64,000 bases of DNA from the human T2T-CHM13v2.0 reference genome, Homo sapiens, in the NCBI RefSeq assembly GCF_009914755.1, contig NC_060930.1; one strand, given 5' to 3'. Below are positions 58,549-64,000 of the stretch, in pieces; the first letter of the stretch is position 1, and every line of letters starts with the position of its first letter. Made by a program: the position numbers and the translations under genes. A model generated the notes under the pieces. It was given only the letters and a program-made list of their open reading frames with translations. It was not told the origin of the DNA and did no database searches.

Positions 58549-60422
58549 AAACTAATTTTATATTTCTAAAGATAATTCTCTAACCAGCATATATAATACC
58601 TACAATCTAAAACACTTTCCAACTACTAGAGAACAAACTTAATATATAATGTAGAAAAAAATATCTCCAAAGAAGCACATTAAGGTGTTAGCATTTCTGC
58701 TACTGTGCATAGAAAACTGTATCCCTGTGGCTTTTCCATGCATTATAACTAGGCTATTCTGACTCAAATCCACAAATATCAAGGTTAAACGAGTGATGCA
58801 AATCCATTTCATTCTCTGATAACCATGAACATATTTGCATGTTTCACCTTTAAACTTAATCCAAAACTAGTAAAGATTGCGATGTGTAGCTCATATTTTA
58901 AAATTTTCCAGTATTAGTATGCATCACTTTTATTAGAATTGATTTTTTTTCCCCAGAAATAGGACAACACAAGTGTGAAAATCAAGGACAGGAAGAAATA
59001 AATAACCTAGAAGGCAACAAGACAGGCCACAGACCCATATAACCTCAGGTGTTGTCTCACCCAGCAACTGTATGGGCTTTATCACCTTCGGCAATTTGTT
59101 TAACTTCTCTCAGCATTTGGAGTAATAACATATTCCTCACAAAACTATCGCAAGTTTGATTCCTAGAGGGTCAATTAAGTGTTAACAGACCAGAATGTAT
59201 CCTTCAATGTATTTTACGTCAATCTAGTCTTACTTTTTTCTGCTTCCAAAAATGGGAGATATTCAAGAAATATTATAAAAATTATTCTACTTCTGTTTTT
59301 AGTTTTAGAACAAAATGAGATTTTTCATCTAATGTAAAACATAATCATCAACATATGTGATACACTATCCGTGTAGGGTTGTAATGTAAGTGTTTTGCCC
59401 TGACCAAACCTGGCACAGTAATTATATTTCAAATTTTACAGTTTCATTGGTATTTATATTATAATTCCAAAGGATTTGTTAAAGTTCTCAGTATCATTAA
59501 GGACATAAGGAAATACTTTTTAAAAAGTGAAATAATTATATTTTTAAAAAGCACCTGTGTTTTAGAAGGGAGACCACCAGCAAAGATGTAGAATAGTAGT
59601 GGGAAAATAGGAGCAAAAAGGAATAACCTGTTAGACCCATAACTTAACCAGTAATAATCATCCACAGTTTTCATTTTTTTTTTAAATTTTTAATCCCATT
59701 CCTATCTATCTATAACAATTAAAATACAGACATGGAAACTACACTCTTTGAATCCTTATTAGCTTCTTATTGTGGTATGAGTAACAATAAATTACATTAT
59801 TTTTCTTTGTATTTTGTGAAAATTTAAATAGACAAATGGAAAATTTTCTATTTAGAAAGAGATCATTAAAATTCAAATCACACATAGTGAAATTATCTAA
59901 TTCATTTCTTGATATAATCCAGAAATGGCTGGATAGAGATCTGAACATGTATCCAGTATATGAGAGACATATAATGAATCTTTCTTGCTATAACCTACAA
60001 GAGAGGCACAAGTACTATCCTTGGTACCCAAAACATATTGGATAATGTTTCATTATAATTGATGTACCTTTAAAAGCCTTTTTAAAGTAGTGTTTAAAAA
60101 ATAGTTCATGTAGTACATTGAGCACTAAAACTTTCAAGCCTACTGCTACCCTACTACTAGAATAAAAGTATTTTAATACAAGAAAGAAAAATAATATATA
60201 ATCATCACATAACTTATATTTTAAGGTTGCCCAATAAAATATTTCTCACAACCTCTTCAATGAGTTTAGCATCAGAAAACGAGGCAAATGCAAGGTATAC
60301 ATGAAAGTTTCAGATTCTCTTCATATCTCATATGTTACAAATTGCTTGGATTTCATGTGTATCTCACTTTGAAAGTGTAGTGGGCAGTCAAATGTACAAC
60401 TGTTCAAAGCCTTTTACACTTT

Positions 60423-60719
<297 letters not shown>

Positions 60720-61939
60720 CCTTTTACCCTTTTAAGAACAGAAGTGAATAGTTCATCCCCAATACCAGTTCCAATAGCAGCCACTGCTCAAGTAACCAAG
60801 AGTAACCTCTTGCTTTGAATGGCATCCTTCTTCCAACTTAACAATTTTACCATAAATTTGAAGGATCAGTGGAGTAATATAAATTGGATAGTTTACAAAG
60901 TATTATTTTTGTAAAAAAAAAAAGGAAAAACAAAGAAGCTTTTATCAGCCAACCTATTCCTTTTGTTTGCCCTCTATAGGGGTGGCAGTTTGAAGTAGTT
61001 AGAAAAAAGACATAAAAAGGAAGTATCAATGACTAATTAAAAGTGGCTGCTGGTTTTGTTTTACTGTGTTTGGCTGAATGCACAGTCAGTACAGTGAGAA
61101 TCTTCACAGAAAATACCTTAAACAACAGAAGAGAATATTGCTGCTGTGTTTTCAAATCCGCAATTCAAAGTTCCACTTTTCTCCCATGGGAGACTGACCC
61201 AGAACACTGAAGAAAGATCCACAAGGATAAGGTTGCTCAATAATGTCAAAGATTACCAGTGATCAAAAGCAAGGTTCCAGTGACTGCACACCATTTCCAA
61301 AAGGTCAGAATCACAAGTTCTTTTAGTAAGTGAATGTCTTTACACACTGATTGCACAAGGCTGCAACAAAAGTCTATTTTTATTCTCTGGAATATAGATT
61401 AGAAATGAGACCTAATTTTCTGTGGATAGTTTTTTGACCAATTCTACCCTTAGAAAAAAAGTACTTGTATAAACATAAAATCAGTTTGGGCATTGTGCTG
61501 TATTTTGTTTACAAGAATGTATAAGTGTCAAAGGAAAGAAAATCTATTTTCAAAGGGCCTCAAACAACTACTTTAAAAGAAACTCACTCAGATTTGTTGA
61601 AACATATTCAGTAGATAATTGAGAGATTTCTCTCATAGAGAGCTGGCAGGAAAAGAAAATATTTCAATATTTTTCTATGTCAAACAGTAGAGTATCACAG
61701 ACAAGCCTGTTGTTCTCACCACTGATCTCAAACCTGGAGCTCTCAAGTTAGATATACCTCAGAAAGAGAAGTAAGTATCACAGGATGGAAAAAGCAGCAG
61801 CATCCTGGAAGCAAATAAATGAATTCTCAGGAACAGCTTGCTCTTTGTTCACCGTTTATATGACTCTTGTGACACTGGAATAATGATTTCATATTGTAGC
61901 ATGCTTTTTCCTCTGTACATAGTTCCTTACCACCAAAAC

Positions 61940-62056
61940 AAACAGGAAGGAAGAAATGGAGTGAGGATGGAGGGAGGTGAGGAAAAGAGGGAAGGAGACA
62001 AAGAAAAGGAGGGAGGGAAGAAGAAGCATTGGGAGGGAGAGAACAAAAGGGAGATA
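61940..62056. repeat. Purine-rich (GGA/GA) low-complexity tract
   Basis: Visible directly. Confidence 0.7.
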
Positions 62057-62871
62057 ACTCATCAAACAGTACAAAAGTCTTGAACAGAAAGCCTAAGAAT
62101 ATCATCATGTTGCCCCCAAATCCCCACCAACAGCCTCTGGGAGTAGAAATGTAAAAGAAAAAACAATTTTCTGCGGTTAAGGAAAGTCTGGGACTGCTGT
62201 CATTCATATGCAATTCCATCCAAATTCAGAGTGCTTGAGGAAATCACATGCTTCTCTCTTCTCTCTCTTTTCTTGTGTTTTACATTCTTCAGCTTCCTAA
62301 TTCTTGCTTTTTACATTTAATAGTTTGAAATAGTCTAAGCAGGGTGTATGTGTTAGTGTGTATGGATTCAATAGCTTAAAACCAATCAAATATATTAAAT
62401 AAGAGAGTGACTTTCAGGTACCTTGGAAGCTCCTACAAAGTTACAGAGGGATATTCTGCTTGTGATTCCTATGTCACCTCTGAACCATTGAAATTCAACT
62501 CTCTTTCCAAATCAGTATTCCAATAAATCATGTTTCTTTTTTGCCCAGTTTGGCTATAAATAGGCTTAAATTTCAAAAATAGATGTTCACAAATGTTTAA
62601 AATTTCCTCAAAGTTCTCAATTATACCTGAATATTAAATAATAATCGAAACAATAAAATGGTTATTTTTCATTCTTTTATTTGTTTAATGGAGGTGAGAT
62701 ACAGAATATATCTTAAAAACTTAAAACAGCTACAGAGAGTTGATCTTTAGAATCTTTTCAATTTTCCCCTTTAAAATAATTGTCTTCCAAAGTTATACTA
62801 TCTAACCTCAAAACATGATATAAATTGAGTGCAATGATGGAAGAGGTCCTGTAGTCTGATAGAGAAGAAAA

Positions 62872-62970
62872 TCATATGTATTATATATTGTAATACATAT
62901 TACATATCTCTATATATCTCTATATTATATATCTCTCCTTATAGCTATATCTATATGTACAGAGAGATAA
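62872..62970. repeat. (TA)/(TC)-rich low-complexity tract
   Basis: Visible directly. Confidence 0.65.
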
Positions 62971-63454
62971 TCAAATTTTATGTTAAATTAAATAAATATT
63001 AAATTTTATATAAATATATGCACACATATAATACCGTAGGATACCAACATTTTATTAAATAACAATTTCTCAAAGTGTACAGGAATAAAATTTTACATGA
63101 ACACTTAGCATCATTTTTAAAAACATATAATACAAAAACTGGCAATAAAATAAGTTTTTAATTTATTGGGAGATAGTGTCTTCAGAATTCAAAGTTCATT
63201 TTTAGAAACTGATTATATCTAATACAACTCATTAATTGGTAAAATTTTGCCTAGAGATTGGTATTTAAAAGTGTCAACATTACTTGTTTAAAGAATAGTC
63301 AACGATTTATTATTCTTTTGTAGTCCCGGTTATTGAGAGGGTTACATATTGTGAGACTGAAGACAACATTAATCTTGTATAATAATCAGCATTATTTTGT
63401 TACTTTTTCCAAAACTGCACTTTGCCACAGTTAAATTTATAGCAAAGAATTCAA

Positions 63455-63650
63455 TTCTACTACATCAACACCACTAACTCATAACTGAATGAGGTTTTTA
63501 TTTTATAAAACATTTTTTCATATATTGCTTCATGTAATACTGAGATTAACTAATAAGATAAAGAGATTGCATTACTTGCCCAAGGTCAAAAAACAACTTG
63601 ATCAACCTGGGATTCAAACATTTTGATTCTAAATCCAGTGTCCAATTTCT
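63455..63650 (-). mobile_element. MIR
   Basis: 'acttgcccaaggtca...cctgggattcaaac...tgattctaaatccagtg'. Confidence 0.65.
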
Positions 63651-64000
63651 CTGATATGTCTTTTATGTCTATTTTTCTCTAGATGCATTATTACATAGAA
63701 ACTGATTTTATTTTGATATAGAAAAATAATCCACTGGGCTCGATATATTTATTGACTATGTAAACAGCCCAGGCAATACATATTTTTGGCATGTCAATAC
63801 ATTGAAAAAACATATGTCTAAAGAATATACAAAAGTAAAATAACTTTGGGGAATGTTTCTGGTTAACAAATCATTCCTAAATACTAAACTGGACCCTATT
63901 TATTTACTATACAATGTACAAATAATCTCTCCCTTTATCTATATAAGTCAGATCAATTATATTCGCCATATTCCAATTCAAAATGGTGTTACAGGGAACA

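Noticed and set aside
61827-62219. Longest ORF in the track (130 aa, - strand)
   Set aside because: Spans a low-complexity polypyrimidine tract giving F/L/P/S-biased sequence; no domain similarity

Overview
AT-rich, repeat-dense primate genomic DNA, very likely human (a full AluYa5 is present). It looks like a long intron or gene desert. I could not support any protein-coding gene, RNA gene or CRISPR array, and I could not identify the locus. The recognisable ORFs in the track come from LTR12, Alu, L1 ORF2 or Tigger1; the rest look like chance ORFs. Contents: a solo LTR12 (ERV9) with a 4-bp TSD, eight Alus (two very young), several L1 3' fragments (two with 5' inversions), a near-full Tigger1, Tigger3a, MER58A and other hAT MITEs, MLT1 LTRs, and many L2/MIR relics. 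The structures that repeat annotation does not explain are: (i) interleaved inverted repeats A-B-A'-B' at 32.4-33.3 kb, later split by an Alu; (ii) a 110-bp chain of overlapping perfect palindromes at 28.2 kb; (iii) a 115-bp local templated insertion inside an L1MA; (iv) an enhancer-like, repeat-free block at 17.6-18.2 kb; and (v) a few exon-like units. I see no evidence for a new multi-gene system; the best leads are template-switching scars and candidate regulatory or exonic elements. Repeat subfamily names come from remembered consensus sequences, not a database search.
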